From contig DASVYQ010000070.1 of NCBI GenBank assembly GCA_036392095.1, forward strand, positions 1 through 53,196: 53,196 nucleotides of DNA, written 5' to 3'. This document shows positions 44,091-51,385 of this stretch, piece after piece. Position numbers and translations under genes: made by a program. How positions within the stretch are numbered: the first letter of the stretch is position 1; each line of letters begins with the position of its first letter. This stretch comes from Patescibacteria group bacterium. Its GTDB lineage: Bacteria > Patescibacteriota > Microgenomatia > Levybacterales > UBA12049. The notes under the pieces were generated by a model that worked only from the letters and a program-made list of their open reading frames with translations, made no database searches and was not told where the DNA came from.

Positions 44091-44203
44091 ACTTTCGGGG
44101 TTTTGTGTAAATCAAAATCGGTGGTATACTCCACGAGCTTTAGAAATAAAGCAGGAACCAGGGAAGTTCTGGTAGCGACCGTACAGTCGGGATAAAAGAA
44201 AGT
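44091..44203 (+). promoter_or_regulatory. FMN riboswitch (RFN element)
   Basis: P1 is ACTTTC...GAAAGT. Conserved RFN blocks: TTCGGGG..GTGTAAAT..ATCGGTGGTA, CTCCACGAGC, GGAACCAGGGAAGTTCTGG, GACCGTACAGTCGGGAT..AGAAAG. They match the RFN consensus (CGGGG..GTGAAATTCC..ACCGGCGGTA; AGCCCGCGAGC; CCGACAGT..AGTCTGGAT..AGAAG). Confidence 0.75.
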
Positions 44204-44231
44204 ACAAGCTAACTTAGGTTAGCTAGTTTGT

Positions 44232-44255
44232 GCACCCCAAAAGGGTGCTTTTTTT
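44232..44255 (+). terminator. Riboswitch expression-platform terminator/SD sequestor
   Basis: GCACCC-CAAAA-GGGTGC followed by TTTTTTT, directly abutting the ATG at 44256. Confidence 0.7.
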
Positions 44256-44828
44256 ATGATAAAAAAACGATTAACAACAAAAGAAATTGCATTAGCAGCA
44301 GGACTTTCTGCTATTTCTGCAGTTTTACAATTAATTCATATTGGGTATCAATCTCCACAGTTTGGTATGTGGATTGATATTGTTGCCGTAACATGGATTA
44401 TTGGTTTGTTTTTATTTGGGCTTCGAATGTCTTTTATTGTCTCTCTTATTGGTGCCATTATTATTACGCTTTTTGCTCCAGATACATGGCTTGGAGCAAG
44501 TATGAAATGGTTAGCATCGTTCCCTGTTTGGTTTCTGCTAGGCATTTGGGCAATAAAAAAAGAAAGTGCATATTCCTACTATAAATCTCTAAAACATCTT
44601 ATTTTGCCAATTCTTTTTGCAATGGTTATTCGATGTATTATTATTATTCCAGTTAATTATTACTATGCAATTCCAATTTGGACAGGACTAACTGCTGCAA
44701 AAGCAATGGTAATTATTCCTTGGTACATTATTGCTTTGTTTAATATTGTTCAAACGATTGTAGATGTAGCTTTTGCATGGATTATTGTGTATAAATTCCG
44801 CCTGGACCGCTTTCTACCTAAAGAGTAA
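44256..44828 (+). CDS. ECF-transporter substrate-specific (S) component, probably riboflavin (RibU-like)
   Basis: 190 aa with about 5-6 TM helices. Follows the FMN riboswitch directly and precedes EcfA/EcfT-like genes. Confidence 0.65.
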   Translation: MIKKRLTTKEIALAAGLSAISAVLQLIHIGYQSPQFGMWIDIVAVTWIIGLFLFGLRMSFIVSLIGAIIITLFAPDTWLGASMKWLASFPVWFLLGIWAIKKESAYSYYKSLKHLILPILFAMVIRCIIIIPVNYYYAIPIWTGLTAAKAMVIIPWYIIALFNIVQTIVDVAFAWIIVYKFRLDRFLPKE

Positions 44829-44837
44829 AATAACCTT

Positions 44838-45584
44838 ATGAAAAATGGAATTATATTTGATCATGTATCTTTTGGCTACTCAAAAAATAAACTACAAATC
44901 GATGCCGCTTCTTTTGCAATAGAAAAAGGATCTTTTGTTGGGGTTACTGGTGTTAATGGATCTGGAAAAACAACTCTGGCATTAATGCTTAACGGCATTA
45001 TCCCCCATGAGCTTCATGGCCAATTTTCAGGAACAATTACTGTCGATGGTATTGATACAAAAACAAAACCCGTTTCTTATTTTGCACAAAAAATAGGGAT
45101 GGTATTTCAAAATCCTGATTTTATGTTATTTAATTTATCAGTAACAGAGGAGATTGCATTTGGGTTAAAAAATATAAAATTACACAATGCAGAAGATAAA
45201 ATTAAGAATGCTTTACAAATGGTTGGCATGGAAGATTTTGCTAATCGTGACCCTCAAACTCTCTCTTTGGGAGAAAAACAGAAAATTTGTTTGGCTGCTG
45301 TATTAGCATTAGATACCGAATATATTGTTTTAGACGAACCTGTTGCAATGTTAGATTATCAAGGAGCAGTAAATCTTTATAGAATTTTGGACGAATTAAA
45401 TAAAAAACATGGAAAAACTATTATTGTTATAGAACATGATACAGATTTCTTATCTGCTCACGCAAAACACACCATTATTATAAACAGAGGAAAAATTCTT
45501 TTTAATGACACCACTAAAAAAGTATTTGCTCATAAAACAGAGTTAAGAAAAATTGGAATTAAAATTCCCCAACCAATACGATGA
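44838..45584 (+). CDS. ECF-transporter ATPase (EcfA/CbiO-like)
   Basis: 248 aa. Walker A GVNGSGKTT, MVFQNPDFMLF, signature LSLGEKQK, Walker B IVLDEP. Confidence 0.85.
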   Translation: MKNGIIFDHVSFGYSKNKLQIDAASFAIEKGSFVGVTGVNGSGKTTLALMLNGIIPHELHGQFSGTITVDGIDTKTKPVSYFAQKIGMVFQNPDFMLFNLSVTEEIAFGLKNIKLHNAEDKIKNALQMVGMEDFANRDPQTLSLGEKQKICLAAVLALDTEYIVLDEPVAMLDYQGAVNLYRILDELNKKHGKTIIVIEHDTDFLSAHAKHTIIINRGKILFNDTTKKVFAHKTELRKIGIKIPQPIR

Positions 45585-46147
45585 AAAAAAGTATTACTGC
45601 AGTAAAATTAGTAACTCTTCTTGTATTTAATTGGATTGTCTTTTCTATAAGAAATCCACTTATTTTAAGTATACTTTTTATAATTCTGTTATTACTGCTT
45701 TATTTTGCAAAAGCTCAAATTAAAAAAAGATTACTAGCAATTATTCCAATTGGTATAGCAATCATTATTTTCCAACTTATTTTTTATATTTGGGCTCCCT
45801 TTACAGAACGATTTTTATTTGGTTTTATTGCAGCAGCCAAAATTATTATTATTAGTCTTTCTGTACTCACTTTCCTTTCGTATACTTCCCTTTTTGCATT
45901 AATTAAATTATTTGATTTTTTGCCAGAAGATATTATGCTTATTCTTATGATTACAGCTTATTTAATCCCAACAATTCTTTCTGAAGCAGAAAAAATTCAA
46001 ATTGTACAAAAATCAAGAAATATAAAAACAAATTCTTTTTCTTCTCTTGCAGCAATTATTATTCCTCTTTTACATAGAGTCTTTCAAAGAGCAGAAACAA
46101 TTTCTCTAACAATTTTAGCCCGAGGATATAAATCAGAAACGAATTAA
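45581..46147 (+). CDS. ECF-transporter transmembrane (T) component, short (EcfT/CbiQ-like)
   Basis: 188 aa, polytopic. C-terminal RVFQRAETISLTILARGY resembles the EcfT coupling-helix Ala-Arg-Gly motif. ATGA overlap with the ATPase gene. Confidence 0.65.
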   Translation: MKKSITAVKLVTLLVFNWIVFSIRNPLILSILFIILLLLLYFAKAQIKKRLLAIIPIGIAIIIFQLIFYIWAPFTERFLFGFIAAAKIIIISLSVLTFLSYTSLFALIKLFDFLPEDIMLILMITAYLIPTILSEAEKIQIVQKSRNIKTNSFSSLAAIIIPLLHRVFQRAETISLTILARGYKSETN

Positions 46148-46176
46148 TTTGCTATACTAAGAAAACCCTCAAACCT

Positions 46177-46701
46177 ATGCAGCTATATTTTATTTTTTTT
46201 GCAATTTCTATCTTATTAATCGTTTTACTTATTATTCTTATTTCACTTATTTTTACAACAATTTTTGGAGGCATTCCTTACCTACCTACTCATCCAGAAA
46301 GGATAAAAGATATGTTACAACTAGCAAACATAAAAAAAGGAGAAAAAGCAGTTGATCTTGGAAGTGGCGATGGACGAATCGTTATTGCCATGGCGCAAAG
46401 AGGAGCAATAGCTCACGGATATGAATTAAATCTTTTTTACGTCCTCCTTTCTAGATGGAACATACGAAAAGCTGGTCTAACAGGCAAAGCATTTATTCAT
46501 TGGAAAAATTTTTTCCACGTCAACCTTTCTTCATATGATGTAATTACGTGTTACGGAATTTCTTATTTGATTAAAAGAATTGAAAAAAAATTAAAAAAAG
46601 AAATAAAACCCTCTGCAAGAGTTATTGCTACTTCTTATGCTTTTAAAGATTGGAAATACAGTAGAAAAAAGGATTACGCTTTTTTATATAAAAATAATTA
46701 A
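46177..46701 (+). CDS. Class I SAM-dependent methyltransferase with N-terminal TM anchor
   Basis: 174 aa. Motif I VDLGSGDGRIVIAMAQRG. Confidence 0.65.
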   Translation: MQLYFIFFAISILLIVLLIILISLIFTTIFGGIPYLPTHPERIKDMLQLANIKKGEKAVDLGSGDGRIVIAMAQRGAIAHGYELNLFYVLLSRWNIRKAGLTGKAFIHWKNFFHVNLSSYDVITCYGISYLIKRIEKKLKKEIKPSARVIATSYAFKDWKYSRKKDYAFLYKNN

Positions 46702-47069
46702 GATGTAAAGAAATGTTTTACATCTTCAACATCTTTTCCCATTTGGCGAGACAATTCTTTTTCTGATGCAAACTTCATATTGTCCCTTATTTTTTTAAAA
46801 AGAGTGATCGTTATCCATTTCCCATATAAATTACCGTTAAATTCTAATAGAAACGGCTCTATTTTACTTTTTGTTTCTTGAAATGTTTTTGCTTTACCAA
46901 CAAATGTTGCTGCCAAAAAATCAATCTTGTCGACTTTTACTTTTGCAGCATAAATTCCTTCGGGAATATTTTTATGCAATTTTATATTTGCTGTTGGAAA
47001 ACCTAATGCTCTTCCTCTTTTTTTCCCTGCTTCTACTTTTCCCCATACTATATATAGTGGTTTCTGCAT
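46698..47069 (-). CDS. Stand-alone riboflavin kinase (RibF C-terminal-domain type)
   Basis: 123 aa. GRALGFPTANI, GIYAAKV, EPFLLEFNGNLYGKWITITLFKKIRDNMKFAS..EL. No FAD-synthetase domain. Confidence 0.75.
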   Translation of the reverse strand: MQKPLYIVWGKVEAGKKRGRALGFPTANIKLHKNIPEGIYAAKVKVDKIDFLAATFVGKAKTFQETKSKIEPFLLEFNGNLYGKWITITLFKKIRDNMKFASEKELSRQMGKDVEDVKHFFTS

Positions 47070-47111
47070 AAAACTATTGTATCAAAAACAACATGCGTTT
47101 ATGATAGTAAG

Positions 47112-47462
47112 GTGAGAGAAGCAATTATCAAAAATAAAGATAGATCTACAACATTTTTACTCTTAGGTATTTTATCTCTTTTACTATTAATTTTTTTAAT
47201 TAAAACAATTTCACCAAGTTTTGTCATAACGCTAAGCATGTTTCATATTTCCATAATTATTCCTTTTTTTGTATTATTTTTTTTTGCTGTTGCTGGAATT
47301 TTAGGATTTATTTTAGCCAGTAAAATTCAAGGAATCATTATAGGCAGTTTTTTAGCCTTATATTTAATTATTCGTTTGCTTGGGCTTACAAGTTTATTCT
47401 TTTTACTTCTTCTTTTCCTACTTTTTATAGTCGTAGAAATGTTTTTTCTAAAGGCAAAATAG
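47112..47462 (+). CDS. Small hydrophobic membrane protein (GTG start), unknown function
   Basis: 116-aa ORF with 3-4 predicted TM helices. No motif recognised. Confidence 0.35.
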   Translation: MREAIIKNKDRSTTFLLLGILSLLLLIFLIKTISPSFVITLSMFHISIIIPFFVLFFFAVAGILGFILASKIQGIIIGSFLALYLIIRLLGLTSLFFLLLLFLLFIVVEMFFLKAK

Positions 47463-47464
47463 CC

Positions 47465-47493
47465 TTGTGAGAACCATTTGCTTTTGATACAAT
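47465..47493 (+). promoter_or_regulatory. Putative metG promoter (TTGTGA-N17-TACAAT with TG extension)
   Basis: TTGTGA at 47465-47470 and TGaTACAAT ending at 47493, 11 nt before the ATG at 47505. Confidence 0.4.
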
Positions 47494-47504
47494 TTGAGCG
47501 ATAT

Positions 47505-48932
47505 ATGTCAAAATTTTATATTACTAGTGCAATTCCTTATGTTAATGCAAAGCCACACATCGGCCATGCACAAGAATTTGTATATGCAGATGTTATAAGG
47601 CGTTTCCATAAGCTTTTACATCAAGATGTTTTGTATTTGTGTGGAGCAGATGAAAATGCATTAAAAATTTTTCAGGCAGCAGAAAAAGCACAAAAAACAC
47701 CACAAGAATTTACAAATCAACATAATCAAGAATTTTTAGATGTTGCAAAAAAATTAGATATCCAATTTGATATATGGCAAAGAGGATCAGACAGCATAAA
47801 ACATTTTCCTTCTTCACAAAAGCTCTGGGAATTATGCGAAAAAAATGGAGATATTTATAAAAAATCATACACAGGTCTTTATTGTGTTGGTTGCGAGCAA
47901 TTTTATGAAAAAGAAGAATTAAATGAAAACGGTGAATGCTTTGAGCATCCTGGAAGAAAATTAGATGAAGTTTCTGAAGAAAATTATTTTTTTAGACTTT
48001 CTAAATATCAAGATTTTTTAGAAGAACTTCTTACAAAAAATCTTTTAAAAGTAACACCAGAGTTTAAAAAAAATGAAGCTTTATCTTTTATTAAAAAGGG
48101 ATTACAAGATTTTTCAATTTCCAGAAGTAAAGAGAGGGCACGTGGTTGGGGTATTCCTGTACCAAATGATCCAAATCAAATTATGTATGTTTGGTTTGAT
48201 GCACTAAATATTTACCAAACAGGTATTGGTTTTGGATGGGACGAGAATTTATATAAAAAATGGAATCCTCAAGACGTTATGGTTATTGGAAAAGGAATTA
48301 TTCGTTTTCATGCAATTTATTGGCCGGCAATTTTACAATCTGCTGGACTTGCACTTCCAAAATCACTTTTTGTTCATGGATATTTAACAGTAGACGGGCA
48401 GAAGATGTCTAAAACATTAGGTAATGTTATTGACCCAATAGATATGATTACCAAATATGGAACAGATACATTACGATATTATTTACTTCGTGAGATTTCA
48501 TCAACAGGAGATGGAGATTTTTCTGAGAGAAGATTAACAGAAGTTTATAATGCTGATTTGGCAAACGGACTAGGAAACTTAGTTGCACGTGTTGCAAAGT
48601 TATGTGAGAAACATCAAGTTGGAGCAAACTCAGAACTTCCGACTAAGGTCTCGTTTAGCAACTATTATATGCACCTCGAAAATTTTGAATTTAATTTAGC
48701 TCTTGAAGAAATTTGGAGAGAAATTAAAAATATAGACATAGAAATTAATAAAGACCAACCATGGACACTAGAAAAAGAAAAAGCTGTTCCCGTTTTACAA
48801 TCATATGTAACAAAAATATTGCACATAGCATATGCTTTACAGCCCTTTTTACCCCAAACAGCAGAAAAAATTCTGCATCAATTTTCTCAAACTTCAATTA
48901 TTTCTCAAATTCCTCTTTTCCCCAGGATCTAG
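47505..48932 (+). CDS. metG: Methionine--tRNA ligase (core enzyme, no C-terminal tRNA-binding domain)
   Basis: I placed the start at ATG 47505 (MSKFYITSAIPYVNAKPHIGHA, the HIGH motif). KMSKT motif and a CVGC..C..H zinc knuckle are present. The ORF-track TTG start at 47478 is less likely. Confidence 0.9.
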   Translation: MSKFYITSAIPYVNAKPHIGHAQEFVYADVIRRFHKLLHQDVLYLCGADENALKIFQAAEKAQKTPQEFTNQHNQEFLDVAKKLDIQFDIWQRGSDSIKHFPSSQKLWELCEKNGDIYKKSYTGLYCVGCEQFYEKEELNENGECFEHPGRKLDEVSEENYFFRLSKYQDFLEELLTKNLLKVTPEFKKNEALSFIKKGLQDFSISRSKERARGWGIPVPNDPNQIMYVWFDALNIYQTGIGFGWDENLYKKWNPQDVMVIGKGIIRFHAIYWPAILQSAGLALPKSLFVHGYLTVDGQKMSKTLGNVIDPIDMITKYGTDTLRYYLLREISSTGDGDFSERRLTEVYNADLANGLGNLVARVAKLCEKHQVGANSELPTKVSFSNYYMHLENFEFNLALEEIWREIKNIDIEINKDQPWTLEKEKAVPVLQSYVTKILHIAYALQPFLPQTAEKILHQFSQTSIISQIPLFPRI

Positions 48933-48956
48933 TTGTCAATTTTTGACAGCAAATAT

Positions 48957-48968
48957 GTGATTCACATT
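48957..48968. repeat. 12-mer GTGATTCACATT (copy 1), core of the 11-bp palindrome TGTGA-T-TCACA
   Basis: Exact 12-nt match with 50319-50330. Lies 10 nt upstream of the -35 of the sensor-regulator gene. Confidence 0.8.
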
Positions 48969-48977
48969 ATCCTATAA

Positions 48978-49006
48978 TTGACTCTCATCTTTGTAGTGAG
49001 TATAAT
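48978..49006 (+). promoter_or_regulatory. Promoter of the sensor/wHTH gene (TTGACT-N17-TATAAT)
   Basis: TTGACT at 48978-48983, a 17-nt spacer, TATAAT at 49001-49006. Confidence 0.5.
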
Positions 49007-49032
49007 ACGTAAAAGCTGTACAAAATATATTT

Positions 49033-50319
49033 ATGTTGGGACAACAACCTTTTATAAGCTTTAACAAAAGTATTTATAGAATTATTTCTATACTTTTTTT
49101 TGTTTCTTTTTTACTCCAAGTAGTTGTTGGCTCTATTATTGTTTATGAATCAGCATTAAAAGATTCCAGAGACTATGTACTTACATCTATTAAGAGGATA
49201 GAAAATGACATTAATTATAGTAATGGAAAATGGAATTTATATAGATACAATGCCGACCCAAATGCAGCTGATACATATCCAATTTATATTTTGGGGTCAG
49301 ATGGATATGTAGTAGACAGATGGAAACCAGTTTTTGGATACTTAGATACATCAGATTTTAAGCACTTAATAACATTTACCACACCTCAAACAATTAATAC
49401 GCCAACAAATCAAAAGTGGAGGATGTACTCAAAACTTGTTACAGGAAGTAACAATGCTGTTATCGGTGTCATTACTGTTTCATACTTTAATCCAACAGAT
49501 GATAATACATCTGTAGATACAAAAATTTCCAATGAAGCAGATATTATTGCATCAAAAATAATTGTTAAAAATGACCAAATTACAAATATTTCTATTGATC
49601 CACGAGATTTAAACTATGATGTAGCATATCAAGTAGTTGATCAATACAATAAAATTTTGGCAAAAAGTAATAATAGCAACAGTATTGATAGAATTCCAAA
49701 CTTTATTGATAGCAGTTATGTTGGAAATTTAATTGACAATCCGGGTTTTCAACAAATTCAAGATAACAAAACACGTGAAAAATTTATTGTGTATGCTACT
49801 CCACTTACAGATTCCAACAATGATACTGTAGGTGTTTTAGTTGTTGGGAAATCAATAAGTTTTATTGACAATATTTTGGTTAATTATATTATTTCTAAAT
49901 TAATTTATGGTTTTATTATTACGGTTGTTTTTGCAACGTTTGCACTTTGGGTTATCAGAAGGTATTTAAATAAATATTTGCGAGAAAATAGATTTAAAGA
50001 AGAAGAGATTAAAAAAATTAGTTTCAATAAGGCAAGCAGTACTATTTATATTGACGATCTTGAAATTGCAATTCCTTACGCAACTAACCAATATACTCTT
50101 TGTGCAACTCTGTTTTCAGCGCCTAGAAAACATTGGGAAACAGATGAATTATTAGAAAAATTTGGAGAACATGAATTAGAAAATAATTGGAGAAAAGTTT
50201 ATGACACAATGCTTATTGTCAATAAAAAAGTTTCTCAATATGCTAGCATTAAACTTATTATTTCTAAAGATAAAGTATATCAATTAAATCCGCAACTTTT
50301 AAGTAAAATTCTTGTTTAG
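49033..50319 (+). CDS. Transmembrane one-component regulator: TM1, Cache/PDC-like extracytoplasmic domain, TM2, C-terminal OmpR/ToxR-type winged-helix domain
   Basis: 428 aa. TM1 is IISILFFVSFLLQVVVGSIIVY. The roughly 250-aa outer domain has Cache-like strands (PIYILGSDGYVVDRW; NAVIGVITVSY; NDTVGVLVVGKSISFIDN). TM2 is IYGFIITVVFATFALWVI. The C-terminal segment STIYIDDLEIAIPYATNQYTLCATLFSAPRKHWETDELLEKFGE...WRKVYDTMLIVNKKV fits the Trans_reg_C pattern. Confidence 0.6.
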   Translation: MLGQQPFISFNKSIYRIISILFFVSFLLQVVVGSIIVYESALKDSRDYVLTSIKRIENDINYSNGKWNLYRYNADPNAADTYPIYILGSDGYVVDRWKPVFGYLDTSDFKHLITFTTPQTINTPTNQKWRMYSKLVTGSNNAVIGVITVSYFNPTDDNTSVDTKISNEADIIASKIIVKNDQITNISIDPRDLNYDVAYQVVDQYNKILAKSNNSNSIDRIPNFIDSSYVGNLIDNPGFQQIQDNKTREKFIVYATPLTDSNNDTVGVLVVGKSISFIDNILVNYIISKLIYGFIITVVFATFALWVIRRYLNKYLRENRFKEEEIKKISFNKASSTIYIDDLEIAIPYATNQYTLCATLFSAPRKHWETDELLEKFGEHELENNWRKVYDTMLIVNKKVSQYASIKLIISKDKVYQLNPQLLSKILV

Positions 50320-50330
50320 TGATTCACATT
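50319..50330. repeat. 12-mer GTGATTCACATT (copy 2)
   Basis: Exact repeat of 48957-48968. It overlaps the stop codon of the sensor-regulator gene and lies upstream of the small peptide ORF. ACTCTCA and ATTGA words follow both copies, in swapped order. Confidence 0.8.
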
Positions 50331-50372
50331 CACTCTCAATTGATTCATCCTAGTTTTTACTATTATTTTAGC

Positions 50373-50564
50373 ATGAAGGTTGCAGCACTTATTTTTTTTG
50401 TTATTCTATCTATTATTGTTTCTTTTATCTCAATTCCTAATTCAGCAATAAAAATTTTTGATAATTATTATTATCTTAAAAAGAATACTATTCAAGTTAA
50501 AAATACATTAGATTGTAAAAATATAAAAAATCCATATGCAATTTCCTTCTTCATCTGCAAATAA
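50373..50564 (+). CDS. Small exported or membrane peptide (63 aa) with two Cys
   Basis: ATG at 50373: MKVAALIFFVILSIIVSFISIPNS (signal/TM-like) followed by AIKIFDNYYYLKKNTIQVKNTLDCKNIKNPYAISFFICK. The ORF-track GTG start at 50319 is unlikely. Confidence 0.35.
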   Translation: MKVAALIFFVILSIIVSFISIPNSAIKIFDNYYYLKKNTIQVKNTLDCKNIKNPYAISFFICK

Positions 50565-50578
50565 GGTATAATTACCAT

Positions 50579-51385
50579 ATGATAGACGTCCATTGCCATT
50601 TAAACTTTCATGCATATGAAAAAGATGTTGAAGATGTTATTCAACAAGCATTAAGTGAAGGTGTAAGTAACATCATTAACGTTGGGACAAAATTAGATTC
50701 AAGCCAAAAAGCAGTCGAACTAGCACAAAAACACAAGCATTTGTATGCAATTGTTGGAGTTCACCCACATCATGCAGATAAACATGATCTTTCATCTTCA
50801 TGGGAGAGTGATTTAGAAAAGTTAGCAAAAGAATTAAAAGTAGTTGCTATTGGAGAAATTGGTATGGATTATTATGAATATCAATCGAATGGTATTGTTG
50901 ATCCACTACTTCAAAAACAAATATTTGAAGCACAAATTGCACTTGCACATAGGGTTAATTTACCTATACAAATTCATAACAGACATGCAGGAAAAGATGT
51001 TATAGAAATTCTAAAACATCACAAGAATATTTTAAAAAGAGATAACCCAGGTATGTTTCACTGCTTTGCTGCAGATATGCAAGTTCTTAAAGAAGCACTT
51101 GATCTTGGATTTTCTATTGGCTTTGACGGCAATATTACCTATCCAGGACTAGCTCCGAAAGAAACAGTAAGACTTGAAGAATTAGCCAAGGCAACTCCAC
51201 TTGATAGAATAGTCACAGAAACCGATAGTCCATTTTTAACGCCTATTCCATTTAGAGGTACCAGGAACATGCCTTCTCATGTTATAATCGTAGGTAAGTT
51301 TCTCGCAAAACTTAAAGGTGTTTCGTTTGATGAAATCAATGAAATCACTACAAATAATGCAAAGAAACTTTTTGGGATTGTATGA
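50579..51385 (+). CDS. tatD: TatD-family metal-dependent hydrolase/DNase
   Basis: 268 aa. MIDVHCHL, GEIGMDY, HNRHA, ETDSPFLTP. A TATAAT box lies 6 nt upstream of the ATG. Confidence 0.9.
   Translation: MIDVHCHLNFHAYEKDVEDVIQQALSEGVSNIINVGTKLDSSQKAVELAQKHKHLYAIVGVHPHHADKHDLSSSWESDLEKLAKELKVVAIGEIGMDYYEYQSNGIVDPLLQKQIFEAQIALAHRVNLPIQIHNRHAGKDVIEILKHHKNILKRDNPGMFHCFAADMQVLKEALDLGFSIGFDGNITYPGLAPKETVRLEELAKATPLDRIVTETDSPFLTPIPFRGTRNMPSHVIIVGKFLAKLKGVSFDEINEITTNNAKKLFGIV

Noticed and set aside
44091-44203. Alternative identities for the leader upstream of the ECF operon (cobalamin, TPP, THF, preQ1 riboswitches).
   Set aside because: There is no B12 box (GCCACTG), no TPP CUGAGA/ACCUGAUCUGGAUAAUGCCAGCG block and no THF-like core. 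Four conserved RFN blocks are present in the right order with a closing P1 helix.
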